From NCBI GenBank assembly GCA_964016885.1, contig OZ024745.1, forward strand, positions 35,340,001-35,404,000: 64,000 bases of DNA. Direction: 5' to 3'. Both the position numbers and the translations under genes were made by a program. The notes beneath the pieces are model-generated. The model was given only the letters and a program-made list of their open reading frames with translations, had not been told where the DNA came from and did not search any database. Below are positions 1 to 24,771 of this stretch, in pieces; positions within the stretch are counted from its first letter, which is position 1; each line of letters starts with the position of its first letter. The stretch comes from Eledone cirrhosa (lineage: Eukaryota).

Positions 1-162
1 TATACATATGTATATTTATATATATATATACATGTATATATATATATATATGTATATATATGTGTGCATATATATATATATATGTGTGTGTATATAAATA
101 AATATACATATGTATATTTATATATATATATATACATGTATATATATATATATGTATATATA

Positions 163-195
<33 letters not shown>

Positions 196-311
196 GTGTA
201 TATAAATAAATATATATACATATATATAAATAAATATATATACATATATATAAATAAATGTATATACATATATATAAATAAATGTATATACATATATATA
301 ATTAAATATAC

Positions 312-353
<42 letters not shown>

Positions 354-377
354 TATATAAATAAATATATATAGATA

Positions 378-454
<77 letters not shown>

Positions 455-479
455 ATACATGAAACACATATTAGTTTGT

Positions 480-865
480 AAGATTATACATCCTGAGATT
501 GTTTTTCGTGATATGATATTCCTCCCCACACCATCATACCGTGGTGAGTGGGATTCGATTAACAATAGAAACATCATCGAACTTCACCTATAACCAACAG
601 CTGATTGATCGAGAAAACTTATCACATATTTACATTTCTCAGGTACGTTTCCATTGTGAAAACTCTACATAATGTCTCCCATAGGACCGTCTCCTTTTGG
701 CGGTAAATATCAGAAACATCAATCATCTAATAATTCTAACAGAACAAATACAAGAAGATATTCAACATAGGTGATATTTCAGGAACATTCTATTGAAATC
801 CGACAATTACGAATATAATGATATCTGACACATTCCTTCAAGACAAATACCCACCCCAAAACAAA
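480..865 (+). pseudogene. Decayed YWTD-repeat exon (duplicate at about 17150-17535)
   Basis: Across frameshifts: LIDRENLSHIY (601-633), PSPFG (687-701) and NDI*HIPSRQ (817-846). These resemble LxID..IYW, HPFG and DIxxxHxxRQP at the end of an LRP propeller. Confidence 0.55.
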
Positions 866-897
866 GTAAAATAAGGACAAACTGAAATAATAATGAT

Positions 898-1894
898 ATT
901 GTTTCTACTTTTGGTTCAAGGCCAGAAATTATATCAGGGTATTACTGGTACTTTATTTTATCGACCCCGTAAGGATGAAAGGCAAAGTTAACCTCGGCGG
1001 GATTTGAACTCAGACCGCAAAGGGACGTAACTATGTTGCAAAGCATGGCGTCCGACCCTCTACCGCTACTGCCAATCCACATGATAATAATAATAATTGT
1101 TTCTACTTTTGGCACAAGGCCAGCAATTACCCAGTGCATTACTGGTACTTTATTTTATCCACTCCGTAAGGATGAAAGGCAAAGTTAACCTCGGCGGGAT
1201 TTGAACTCAGAACATAAAGGGACGTAACTATGCAACAAATCATGGTGTCCGACTCTCTAACAATACTGCCAATCCAAATGATTTCTAGTATAGGCACAAG
1301 GTCAGTAATTTGGGGGAGGGGAATATCGATTAAATAGACTCCTGTACGTTACTGGTGCTTTATTTTATCAACCTCGTAAGGATGAAATGCTAAATTAACC
1401 TTGGCAGGATTTGAACTTAGCCCGCAAAGGGCCGTAACTCTATGCTGCAAAGCATGGTGTCGACTCTCTACCGATACTGCCAATCCACCGCCTTAAATAA
1501 TAATAATAATAATTGTTTCTTCTTTTAGCACAAGGCCAGCAATTACCTCAGTGCATTACTGGTACTTTATTTTATTGACCCCGTAAGGATGAAAGGTAAA
1601 GTTAACCTCGGCGTGATTTGAACTCAGACCATAAAGGGCCGTAACCCTATGCAGCAAAGCATGGCGCCGGACCCTCTACGATACCGAATAATAATAATAA
1701 TAATAATAATTTCTACTTTTGGCACAAGGCCAGCAATTACCCAGTGCATTATTGGTGCTTTATTTTATCGACCTCGTAAGGACGAATGGCAAAGTTAATC
1801 TCGGCGGGATTTGAACTCAGAACGTAAAGAGTCATAACTCTATGCTGCAAAGCATGTTGTCCGATGCTCTACCGATATTTGTCAACCCACCGCC
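898..1894 (-). mobile_element. Head-to-tail array of five tRNA-derived SINE copies (duplicate about 17567-18563)
   Basis: Five units of about 190 bp. The sense strand has an A-box-like TGGCAGTATCGG, B box GAGTTCAAATCC, core GCCTTTCATCCTTACGGGGTCGATAAAATAAAGTACCAG (Meta/MESC-like core, from memory) and an (ATT)n tail. Confidence 0.9.
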
Positions 1895-2574
1895 TTTTAT
1901 TAATAATAATAACAACAATAATTTCTTTATTAACCATACAGATTTACATTAAGGACAGCACATTGAGTGTCTGTGAGTTGATGTGCGGGTAGCCTCACCA
2001 CCAATAACAATAATAAAGCAAAATATATAACCATCAAGATCTTGTTCGAGTGTCGTTAATGACTCATCCTAATTGAATGCAATGAATGCTCATGGTTGAG
2101 GGCCTATTTCATTAAGCTCACCATTATGATTGTGAGTGTGGTTCTCAGCACAAGACATTTTAAGTAAAAGATCAACTTTGTGACCCTCTGAGACACGTTG
2201 AATCTCTTCGAGAATTACGTTGATGGTCCACATGACTTCGGAATGCTGAGGCTTGTACATTAATTTCACGCGTAGAGTGTTCCATTATTCGAACACCTGG
2301 AACACATCCTTGGAACTGGCAGGAGTCCAACAAACACACAAAGGAATGAATATATAATACAACACTGAGAATGAAACGATTGGATATTAATAATAGTAAT
2401 TTTATTCGTCCCTTTAAGTTCCGATTTCAAATCCCACCGAGGTTAGATTTGCCTTTTATTCTTACAGGGTCGAAAAATAAAGTACCAGTAACATACTCGG
2501 GTAGATTTAATCGATTCCCCCACCAAAGAAAAAATATCCCTGGCATTGTGCCTAAACCACAAACAATTATTATA

Positions 2575-2765
2575 TGCGGTGGATTGGCAGTATCGGTAGA
2601 GGATCGGACGCCATGCTTTGCTGAATAGAGTTACGGCCCTTTATGATCTGAGTTCAAATCCCGCCGAGGTTAACTTTGCCTTTCATCCTTATGGGGTCAA
2701 TAATATAAAGTACCAGTAATACACTGGGGTAATTGCTGGCCTTGTGCCAAAAGTAGAAACAATTA
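2575..2765 (+). mobile_element. tRNA-derived SINE, same family (duplicate about 19244-19433), preceded by a decayed copy at about 2410-2570
   Basis: gcggtggattggcagtatcgg...gagttcaaatccc...gtagaaacaatt. Confidence 0.9.
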
Positions 2766-3848
2766 TGATATGCAAAAGTGTTTTTAGCGTTTTTATAAAA
2801 TGATTATAGGAATGAAAGGATCCGATCCTCGAAGGAGCAGCGTGGAAGAAAGTATTTTACTTAATCGTGAGTCAAACACCCTAACAACTAGGTTATTATA
2901 AGTAAAGGTTAATAAGTATTGTTAATTCCATTACAGAAAACATCGCCAATGGCGAGAGCAAAGAACAATATAATTTTGAAGTTTTTAGATCGCATTTCTG
3001 TCGCTTTATATTCTTGAATTGTATAATTCTCACCTGATTTGTATCTTGGCGTAATTTCCATATATATTATTCTAGCTATTGCTTTATATACACAGGCAAT
3101 ATATATATATATATATATATACATAAAAATATATATATGCACACAGTAACATACATATAATTTCATACACACACACACACACATATATATATATTCAATT
3201 CTTCATCGTTGTCACTATGTAAATTTCAGAACTGGGGATTTGTTTATTCGTTAAAAAAAGCATATTTTTAAGAATAATTTGAATAATTTTTTCAAAGATA
3301 ATATTATACTTTCTAACATCGCCACAAGGCCAGGAAACCGATCCAGTACATGGTTGGTACTTTATTTTAGCGTTTCCGGAACAGTTGAATTCTATTGGAT
3401 TTGAACACAGAACGTAGAAATTCGGAACTAAAAACTGCAAACCATTTTGTCTGTCGCTCTACCAATATTGATAATCCATTGCCCTACTTAAATATAATAT
3501 ACTGCCTTATATACACATCAAAGTGGTGAACATTACTGTATTAGTTTCGGGTTTTAGCGTTCTCAGTTCGAAACCCACCGATGTTAACTTTTCCTACCAT
3601 CCGTACGAGTTTGATAAAATAAGCTATCAGTACTGGGGTGGATTCTCTCACCCTCGTTAAACAATTGACTGTGCTCAGACCTGGAGTGTCATGGACTCCG
3701 ATTATAATGATAAAAAGACTGATAGAGCGAGAATAAACGTTGCTTTGTTGGGGATGTACATTCGCCAGGTGAGGAACTCAGTAATAGCAAGTCGTATCAT
3801 TTGTGACGACAATGAGGTGCCTAGTTACGTAATGTTTTATTTTTATAG

Positions 3849-4530
3849 GTATGAAGTATAAGTTATTGTTGATTGTATCATACCGACGTTCAAAAGAATA
3901 AAATTAGCATCATACGACTGGAGAATATTTTGATGGTCACTGTTTATTTTATTGTATGTAGGAATATAGTGACTGCCTTGGTTGCATGTGTATGGCTCTT
4001 GAGTGCGGGGCATTAAGAAGGACTGAATGACCCCATGGTCTGTATATTACACATTGAAAAATATTTTTTTATTCACCAGAAGCATTTATAGTTAGCTTTT
4101 ACTGACTCTCACACATTAAATATGTAAATACCAACTAATTACAAATTATATTTCGTGCAGGTGATGTCTCTTTCTTATTTGTACGTAATCTAGCACTATA
4201 TGTAAGGAGTAATGTGAAATGAAATAAAATGTTAAAGACAAATATATGGAATGGAATGAAGAGAAAATCAGAGAGAGAGAGGGGGGGGAAGAGATCTGTA
4301 CTGTGGTTGTCATAGCAATTGATATTCTCCAAGAATAGCAAAGATGTACGTTTACAAAACGCTTTCATTTGATCCTAAGAAGGTATTTTATTTCAAGTAT
4401 TTTATTTCAAGTATTGTGGAGAATATTGCTTTCATAAAACTATGGTAAGTGCACCAACTTAGAGCTTTATCAAGAAATAATGGTACACAACTTACACGGG
4501 GTAGTAATCCATGAAAAAGATAAGCTTAAA
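3849..4530 (+). pseudogene. Decayed YWTD-repeat exons (duplicate about 20520-21200)
   Basis: Acceptor ttttttatag at 3848, then LYHTDVQKNKISIIRL (3873-3920), EGLNDPMVCILHIEK (4017-4061), TLSFDPKKVFY (about 4360-4392) and HNLHGVVIHEKDKL (about 4486-4527). Stops and frameshifts lie between them. Confidence 0.55.
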
Positions 4531-4814
4531 ATCAAACAAATGAATTTCAAGTTGCATTAAAATTCACCCTATGTTTGAAACCTTGAAAGAAAATTATAAC
4601 CTCCGAGCTCTGGATTAACAAGTGATAGAGAATGCATGTTATGTGTCATGGTTCTTGAAAAGTACACATGTGATAATAAAATGCGCTTTTCTATATATAC
4701 CGGATTAACACAGATTACAAATTTCATCGATTGATATGGTATAGTGAATGCTAAAAGAAGTTACATTGGCACTACATATTAAAAAATATTTTATGGTATA
4801 GTATAACATAACAT

Positions 4815-5014
4815 NNNNNNNNNNNNNNNNNNNNNNNNNNNNNNNNNNNNNNNNNNNNNNNNNNNNNNNNNNNNNNNNNNNNNNNNNNNNNNNNNNNNNN
4901 NNNNNNNNNNNNNNNNNNNNNNNNNNNNNNNNNNNNNNNNNNNNNNNNNNNNNNNNNNNNNNNNNNNNNNNNNNNNNNNNNNNNNNNNNNNNNNNNNNNN
5001 NNNNNNNNNNNNNN
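4815..5014. other. Scaffold gap, 200 N
   Basis: Run of exactly 200 N; the next contig begins GATC. Confidence 1.
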
Positions 5015-6490
5015 GATCTTCTGGAACTAACAAAGTCAATCTGTAAACGCAGAACTGGATATTTCAAAAACGTTGCAACCGGAGGAAGACAGGAAGACGA
5101 TACTTTGGTTCGTGGAAACGTTCGCTGGCAAAGAACGGGAAAAAACGAATAATACGTCATTAATAGGAGCGGTGAAAAACAATTACGCGCAAAGACAGAA
5201 CCACGTTTATGGTATAAAAGAGGTCGTGGACTAATGTTCTCTTAGGTGGTGCATAGAGACGTTCTCTGGCAATGAACGAAAAAACGAAGATAATAAGTCA
5301 TATGTGGAGCGTGGAGAACAATAGCACGCAAAGACAAAACCACGTAAATGGTATAGCAGAAGTCGTAGACTAAAATTCTAACTAGGAGACCAAATGAATC
5401 TCCGCTACAGAGTTAAGAACAAAGTAAATAAATACAATACAGAAGTAATAGAAATAAATAAATACATACACGCAAACAAATACGTACATACACAAGCATA
5501 CGCAAAACCTTACCATAGGTATACAAAACCACGCACATATAAATATGTGTGTGTGTGTATGCTTGTGTACAAATAAATAAATAATTATATAAACGTATAT
5601 AAGTAAATAAATACGTATATAACAAGCGCACACACATACCTACATATAAATAAAACGAATGTTCGGAGACGTAAGTCAACTAAACCAAGAAGTACACATA
5701 TACACACACCCACCATACGTACGAACCTGCATACTCACGCAGACGCAAAACTCCCGTATACACATAGCCAAACCCTAAATACCAGAATATATAAAAATTA
5801 TACGCCATAACAATCAAATATACGTACGAGAAGGTATACATACCTTCACAAAACATACGGGTAATATATACTTACCTATGCAAATAAGTAAAGGAATAAA
5901 CAAAATATATACTTAGCTCCCACATCAAGACGTAAAATATCCACGTATAGATCGTACTATCCGTTAGGGTATAACGTGGGGCTGTAATACAGGAAAGTTT
6001 TGTGCAATTTATGTTTACAAGCCGAAATTGCCTCAGATTTTTTGTTTAAGATGTGGTCTGTGGCGTAGAGTATTTCCAGGGCCTCAGCGGCGCAGAGGTC
6101 ACATGGTCTTTTATTTCCGTTATACGATCTAGCCCTAGCTAAGATCTTCCAGTGTAACTTATATTGGGTGTGGTTGTCTTTTAGACTCCAGATATATGCT
6201 GAAAGTGACGTCATATTCCTTCTTAGAGGGTAACGAAAAGAATGGGTATGCATGTAAAGACGCTGCTTGAAACTATTGGCGGTTAACCCTATGTAGGCCC
6301 TACGGGACGTGGGTGTTACAACCTTACATTTGTAGACAATGTTACCAGAGAGGCATTTCCCGGATAGGGGTCAATCAGCCTGATTCCTACAATTACAGTT
6401 AGTACTAACTACAGGGTTGCAGGTGTTCCTACGGCTAGGTAGTTTAGCTAAATTTGAAGCTGTGATGTTATGTGCAAGGTTAGGAGTCAC
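5015..6490 (-). mobile_element. Penelope-like retroelement 3' part: GIY-YIG endonuclease (5957-6490) plus 3' region
   Basis: PNLAHNIT..NCNCRNQAD*PLSGKCLSGNIVYKCKV..AYIGLTANSFKQRLYMH..TSLSAYIWSLK..CDLCAAEALEIL..LNKKSEAISACKH. The 3' region has an imperfect tandem duplication of about 140 bp (5118-5385) and matches 52318-53041. Confidence 0.92.
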
Positions 6491-7062
6491 TCACGAGCTG
6501 CGGATTACAGAATCAGGTCAAATCGATACAGATCGAACCTTGAGTTGGTCAGTGGCAAAACGTGTGTCACCAACCAATAAACGTAATGAAGGAGTAACTA
6601 ATCGTCCTTGTTATCTTATTTAATACACTCTGTATAGCTCTACACCTCGGCACTGAAGTGAACCTGAACATCGAGTGCTCACCCGGGTGAAATACAGTAA
6701 CTCCAAGTTACACTCGCTGGAGTAAGAAATGTTTTTCTTATATCAAATTTTATTGGGCTTCCACTGATGATTTATAAACGCCCACCTAAATATATTCTTA
6801 CATGAATGTATATTAGGCTTCTACATAAACTGGAAATATTCTCCGAATTTGTAGAAAACTTATAATGAAACAATTGTTTGGAAAGAGAGATATATTTTAA
6901 CTTTAATTATATCTCATAAAATAATACAACTGGCTTTTCCACATAATACATATTGTTAGCACCCCAAACACTTAAATTGGGTTTATATTAAAATATAACC
7001 GAATGTTTGTTGAGTGAGATGGTTACCAGTCAGAGATTAGCTTTAAACTATCTCTGTTATTG

Positions 7063-7131
<69 letters not shown>

Positions 7132-7639
7132 CATACATACATACATACATACATACATGCATACCTGCAGACATACATATATATATATATATATATTCAG
7201 GGAATGAGAGAGTTAGAAAGTGAGAAAGAGAGAACGAAAGAAGGAGAGATAGGGGGGGGGGGGAGATAGATGGAGAGAAAAAGAGAGACCAAGATATATA
7301 ATAGTATCTATATTTTCTTACGGCAAATTACGAGTTCTTATTAAACTGGAGAAACATCAGTGTACGCACAGTCTCATATATGAGTACACGAAGAAACACC
7401 CAAACGAATTATATTCCAACGGAGTAATGTATACTCATTCTCGTATAGAAACGCATATATATGAATATATAGATGTATATATATATGCATATTTACATGT
7501 ATGCATACATACATGTATGCATATATAAATGTATATATATATGCATACATGTATATATGCATATTTATATATATATTTTGGAACGATTGACTATCGTCAA
7601 ATCGGACCGAGGAAACAATGTTTCCATTTGTTTTTCCAG

Positions 7640-7797
7640 TTGCTAATACTATCTAGCGGTCGCAACTCGAGGTAGACGGAGCAACGTGAAATAAAATGTC
7701 TTTCTCAAGGACATAACGCATCATCTGGTATGGGAATCGAACTCACAACCTCAAGATTGCGAATCCAGTTCTCTAACCACTCAGCCACACGCCTTCA
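7640..7797 (-). mobile_element. Fragment of a second tRNA-derived SINE family (other decayed copies at about 2050-2330, 23990-24110, 25400-25690, 41990-42080, 62290-62450)
   Basis: gagcaacgtgaaataaaatgtctttctcaaggacataacgc...gggaatcgaactc...ctaaccactcagccac is a reverse tRNA head with A and B boxes. Confidence 0.75.
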
Positions 7798-8043
7798 TTA
7801 ATGCATATATATATATATATATATATATACATTTATATATGCATATATATATATATGTATATATATATTACATATATATATATATATAAATATATATATA
7901 TATGCATATATACATGTATGCATATATAAATTTATATATATATATGCATATATATATATATATATACATATATGTATATGCATATATATATATATTTATA
8001 TATATATGTGTGTATATGTATATATATATGCATATATATATAT

Positions 8044-8081
<38 letters not shown>

Positions 8082-8147
8082 GTATATGCATATATATATA
8101 TGCATATATATATATGCATATATATATATATGCATATATATATATAT

Positions 8148-10112
<1,965 letters not shown>

Positions 10113-10184
10113 TGTTGATTTAAAACTGTTGATTTAAAACTGCACTGTTTACAAGTGTATTTTAACCTTCATATCATGTCTTCC

Positions 10185-10255
10185 TATTTTATCTGACGAA
10201 AACACAAATGTTATTGCATGATGATATTTGGTTTTGAAATGCGCATAATAAAATA
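10185..10255 (+). ncRNA. Putative minimal type-I hammerhead ribozyme
   Basis: Stem I TATTTTAT/ATAAAATA; CTGACGA (10193-10199); long imperfect stem II; GAAA (10236-10239); palindromic TGCGCA; then TA (AUA cleavage triplet). Confidence 0.65.
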
Positions 10256-10339
10256 CATGGAACTCTTTTAACCATCTTTTGATCTTATATATTATATTAA
10301 TATATATATATAAATATATATAAATTAATATATATATAT

Positions 10340-12000
<1,661 letters not shown>

Positions 12001-12051
12001 TTTCGTTTCTGAATTTGTTTAGCAAGATTACTTATCTGAAACCGATATTGT

Positions 12052-12889
12052 TATACTTTGGGAGGGTCATGTTCCCATTAAGAAACACACGCACAAGTTG
12101 TTTTCACTTCAATTTATTATACTAAACACTAATTAGTAATACATACCCTTTTCAAAGACCCCCCTCTATAGATAGAAAATGCATAATCTGTAAGATAATC
12201 CCCCATGTTAACTGTAAAACTAGAAACATCGCATATAGCATAAGATGTACTGAGGGACAATGTAAAAATAAGAGTATAATGTTCATAGGTGATGAGACAG
12301 CTCGTAGCATAGGGGAACGATTAAATGAACACTGGCGAGAAGAGACTCTATCAATACTCCACGAACATGCCAAAATAGAACACAAGGGTAAATTAGAGAA
12401 CATAGAGATAAAAATATGATCCTCGCACAGAAAAGACGCAATGTCTAGACAAATCACATAGGCAATAAACATAAATGAACTCCAACCAAAATTAAATAAA
12501 AAACATGAATGGAATAGCATCATCACAACTTATAATTAAGAACAAAATGAAAACACACACACCAACTAGTAACATGTAAATAAACAAATAAATAAACAAA
12601 TAAAAAAACACACAGACACCCGGATGTAACACATGTGCAAACTAGGCACACATCAAACAAAAAAACAAGATGGCGTAGGACAGAACAAACGAAAGGCACA
12701 AAATAAAAAATAAAGAAAAGAATCCCCCAGTCAATGAAGAGGTCATAGAATGTGTGACAATATATGAACAACCATCCGGCTATAGAACTAACCAACCAAC
12801 CAACCAACCAACCGGAAATTTCTAATAAATTGAAATGAATCATCTGGTGCGTGTGTTTCTTATTGGCAATATGACCCTCCCGAAGTATA
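12052..12889 (+). mobile_element. Penelope-like fragment: GIY-YIG pseudo-ORF (about 12170-12520) with inverted ends
   Basis: RKCIICKII..NCKTRNIAYSIRC..MFIGDETARSIGERLNEH..LHEHAKIEH..RQIT*AININELQPKLNKKHEW (two stops). 12052-12119 is an imperfect reverse complement of 12824-12889. Confidence 0.88.
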
Positions 12890-12934
12890 ACATATATATA
12901 TTTAAAAGAATAGAGGTGTAACACACGAGTTATG

Positions 12935-13229
12935 ATATATTGGTAAAAGGAAAAGAAAATGCTGATAAATTGTTCCCAGTGAAAAATAGTTTAATTAGGA
13001 ATAAGTAAAAATTAGTAATAAGTATTGGTTAGTATTCAGATTTGGATTTAGAGCAAACATCACGGGCGCTCTATCTCAAAATTATTTTTGAAAAGCATTA
13101 GAAATGCGCAACCGGTAAAAATTAAAACCAAAACTGAATACTAACCAATACTTATTACTAATTTGTACTTATTCCTAATTAAACTATTTTTCACTGGGAA
13201 CAATTTGTCAGCATTTTCTTTTCCTTTTA

Positions 13230-13238
<9 letters not shown>
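12935..13238. mobile_element. Foldback/MITE-like element with inverted arms of about 105 bp
   Basis: 12935-13039 is the reverse complement of 13134-13238 with two mismatches seen; spacer about 95 bp. Confidence 0.85.
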
Positions 13239-21487
<8,249 letters not shown>

Positions 21488-21929
21488 ATATGCTATATAA
21501 TGTATCATAACATAAGCAAAACTGCATCACAAAGCCAATGCTTCATAGAGAACAACATTTTATTTCAGCTGCGAATAACACCTTAGATTCTACAAGAGTC
21601 ATATACATTCTCCAGCCACCTACTCCATCATATCGTACATATAATGCTAAAAGTGAGCAACAATCACACAGCTTTTTAAATATGGTTTATTATATCTTAT
21701 AGTAATCTTACGGGGTCGATAAAATAAAGTACCAGTAATGCACTGGGTAATTGCTGGCCTTGTGCTAAAAAGTAGAAACAAGTATATCGTATATAATAAT
21801 GTAAAGCCCGTTACTTGACAGAGTAGTAAGAATGTAGGATAGAATGCCTTGCGGTATTGGTTTCGGCACTCAGCATCTGAGCTCAAATCTCGTCATAGTC
21901 AACTTTGAAAGCCAAATCTCCATTTACGG

Positions 21930-22570
21930 AACTAAAACGAATTGGGGGTTTTATCAAATATCTGCTTGGGTGAAGTGGTAACACAAATATTCTGGACTGG
22001 TAATAGACTTCTCTCATGACTAACATATTCTCAACAGAATCGTAGGAGAAATAGATTCAAGTACAACATAAATCACATCAAGTATCCTCAGATTACAAAT
22101 ATTTGTATCGACTATGAAAACAGAATATTATACCTTTCTCCTGAAATAGGAATTTGAGTAAGAATACATGTTAAATTTAAAAAATAAGATTATTATTTAC
22201 ATTATTGAGTCACATTTCTATGTCAGGGACGGAACGTAAGATTATTTCCTTCTATTCAGATTATATTTGGGAAATTCTAAAATAAAAAAAAATATTTCAA
22301 TGATTTCTGAAAGAAAAGAAAAATTATAAGCCAGATGAAGTTGAAGATAAGAAGTTAATTATTCTTGACTCAATATTCGATATTTCACCACAAACAAATC
22401 TGAAATCAGAAATACATTTTCTCTAATAATACATAAAACATGAATTTGGAGTAGATTTGGAATAACAATGAAACTCTCTCGGGAATACTACCACTATTAG
22501 GCTGAAGTACTGACACCGAAATTATCACTCATCTCACAAAAATAGTATATCTGCAGCAAAATATCAGGAT
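21930..22570 (+). pseudogene. Decayed YWTD-like exons
   Basis: VTQIFWTG (about 21978-22001), ICIDYENRILY (22101-22133), donor-like gtaag at 22158, and acceptor ttccttctattcag followed by LYLG. Confidence 0.45.
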
Positions 22571-22673
22571 ATAGTTATGAAAAGAGATACAAATACACAC
22601 GGATTTAGAAACACTCATATAAGTATACATATTTACACATACACGCACAGATACACAAAGAGACTTATATATG

Positions 22674-22774
<101 letters not shown>

Positions 22775-23229
22775 CGTGCGTGCGCGCGTGTGTGTGTGTG
22801 TATGTGTTTGGATTAATACACACACACACATACAAACACACGCACATATCTGAACTAAAACAGAAAAAAGTTTTCTTGCGCAGCTACTTCAGGTTTACGG
22901 AAATTATAGTAGAATATAACAGGTCGGGGTACTTAAAGGTATCAAAAGAAGACTATGAGAGCCACATACATCTCTAATCACTTGAAAGATACCCTACTGT
23001 CGCTGACCACCCCAAAAAATGTTTTGATTCCACCCGAGCCAGAGATCCAGTGCGACGTGTTCAGATCTCACGCCCAAAGAAATTGAGCAAGCTTTAAAGA
23101 AAGCAACACCAGCGTATTTTACAAGATCTATAAACACTGGACTTAGAGTCTTGATTAGATTTATATAGCAAATGTGAAAAACAAAATCATAATTCATTGT
23201 CTAAGGGAGAGAGGGCAACATCTGTGGCA

Positions 23230-23900
23230 AGTTTCGGTTGAAATCCCAATGTAGATGGGAATATATTTAGTGAGTAACCGAATGATTGATACATCCGTCC
23301 AGAATATTGGGATCCCACGATTCCCTGCAGACATAGAGTATACACAAATTATTTGGAGCTCACTTCAGCATGTAAAAGTGGCAAAAAACCCATCCGATGG
23401 TTAGGCTTGTCTTGTCTGGATTGGCAAATATGGACCATTCAGCACCCATGTTCTGGTTCATAGAGAAATAGACGTCTTGTGTATACCAGTGCGAGTATTG
23501 GATCATCGGATGCAATACAGTGGTTATGCGATTTATTATCAAATGAGCCAAACCAAATGGCAGGCAATTAAAATAGTTGTAATGATGGAGTGCAATATTT
23601 CCTCACCCAACTTTGTAATGGTTATGAATGAGGTGCTGAGAGGAATAAGAAGTTCTTCGGAAGAGGAAAAGTAGGAGAACAGCAAGTGCTACTACTGAGC
23701 AAAAATTTATCCTTAATTCAAAATCAGATTAAGGAATTTCATATTGAGATTGAACGAGAATAGATTCCAACAATCAGAAATCAGGCAATTCAGATTTTTG
23801 ATTGTACCTATGCACTGATACGACAAGAAAAGTAATGAGATAGATGCAAAACTAAAACAAGATCTGACATTGCCAACAGCAATATGGGAGGGAAGTTTAA
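23230..23900 (+). mobile_element. Ancient HERO/NeSL-like RLE retrotransposon RT relic
   Basis: DTSVQNIGIPRFPADIEYTQIIW and QTKWQAIKIVVMMECNISSPNFVMVMNEVLRG resemble HERO RT motifs (DTSVQKxGIPGFxGC; GIMMGCTISPxLFVMAM). Confidence 0.7.
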
Positions 23901-24143
23901 TGCATGCCACTATCAACATAACCTTTTTCTAAGGCTTTTCTACATGTATATGAAATATCCTTGAATGGATACAATGTAGAGAGATATTAGCAGCTGAATG
24001 GACAGGAGCAACCTGAAATAATGTTTTGCTCAAAGTCACGAAGTAACGCCTGCAATCGAACTCACGACTATATGATCATGAGTCGAATACTCAAAGCCAT
24101 GCACCTTCACTAACATATTGTATATGTTTTCATATGCACCCTA

Positions 24144-24178
<35 letters not shown>

Positions 24179-24182
<4 letters not shown>

Positions 24183-24657
24183 TAAGAATATTTTCGAAAC
24201 AACGAGCGGGTTTTAAATTATAAAGGTAAGCTATCGCCGTATTTTGACTAAAGAAATTAAAGAAAATTATTTGGCCTGATAATGGGGTTAAGAAACCTCG
24301 GAGAAATGGAAAAAGATGAGTATTGACGTACATGGGAGTCGAACCCACATCTTTGGTTATCCAGACTACTGTGCTACCATTGCACCAACACATCACCCGT
24401 CTTCTTCCATTCAAATTAGAAGCTATAATCTTAGCAACTGTAATGTCAAGTAAGAATAATTTTTTAAATTTCTTTAGTCAAAATAAGGCGATAGCTTATA
24501 TTTATAATTTCAAACTCGCTCGCTGTTTCGAAAATATTCTTACGTCAATACTCATCTTTTTCCATTTCTCCGAGGGTTCTTAACCCCCACTATCAGGCCA
24601 AATAATTTTTTTAAATTTCTTTAGTCAAAATACGGCTATAGCTTACAATTATAATTT
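24179..24657. mobile_element. Inverted/partial-tandem element enclosing a tRNA-like sequence
   Basis: 24455-24543 and 24541-24655 are reverse complements of overlapping parts of 24180-24330; microsatellite flanks. Confidence 0.8.
24324..24394 (-). pseudogene. tRNA-like cloverleaf (pseudo-tRNA or SINE head)
   Basis: GATGTGT-TG-GTGC-AATGGTA-GCAC-A-GTAGT-CTGGATA-ACCAA-AGAT-GTGGG-TTCGACT-CCCAT-GTACGTC-A; the anticodon stem has two mismatches. Confidence 0.75.
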
Positions 24658-24688
24658 ATATATAAATATATATATGTGTGTGTGTGTA

Positions 24689-24771
<83 letters not shown>

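Larger units (their letters stand above)
1..4814. repeat. Copy 1 of a near-identical duplicated block (copy 2 at 16634-21487)
   Basis: Collinear, with only scattered SNPs, small indels and microsatellite length changes. It ends at the gap (gtataacataacat 4801-4814 = 21474-21487). ORF-track entries are duplicated (2371/19040, 3195/19866). Confidence 0.97.

Noticed and set aside
942-1139. Recurrent short ORFs ending AFHPYGVDKIKYQ
   Set aside because: They are chance translations of the SINE core.
5015-5744. Second segmental duplication with 52318-53041
   Set aside because: The match is confined to a Penelope-like element whose ends recur elsewhere, so these are independent insertions.
12410-12465. 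Selenocysteine reading of stops in the second GIY-YIG fragment
   Set aside because: One stop is TAG and the TGA is not at a Cys position; this is ordinary decay.
24277-24308. Hammerhead at CTGATAA..stem..GAGAAA
   Set aside because: Both core boxes deviate and stems I and III cannot be drawn.
24324-24394. Functional tRNA gene (GGA anticodon)
   Set aside because: The anticodon stem is broken, it lacks the long variable arm expected for Ser, and it is embedded in a repeat.
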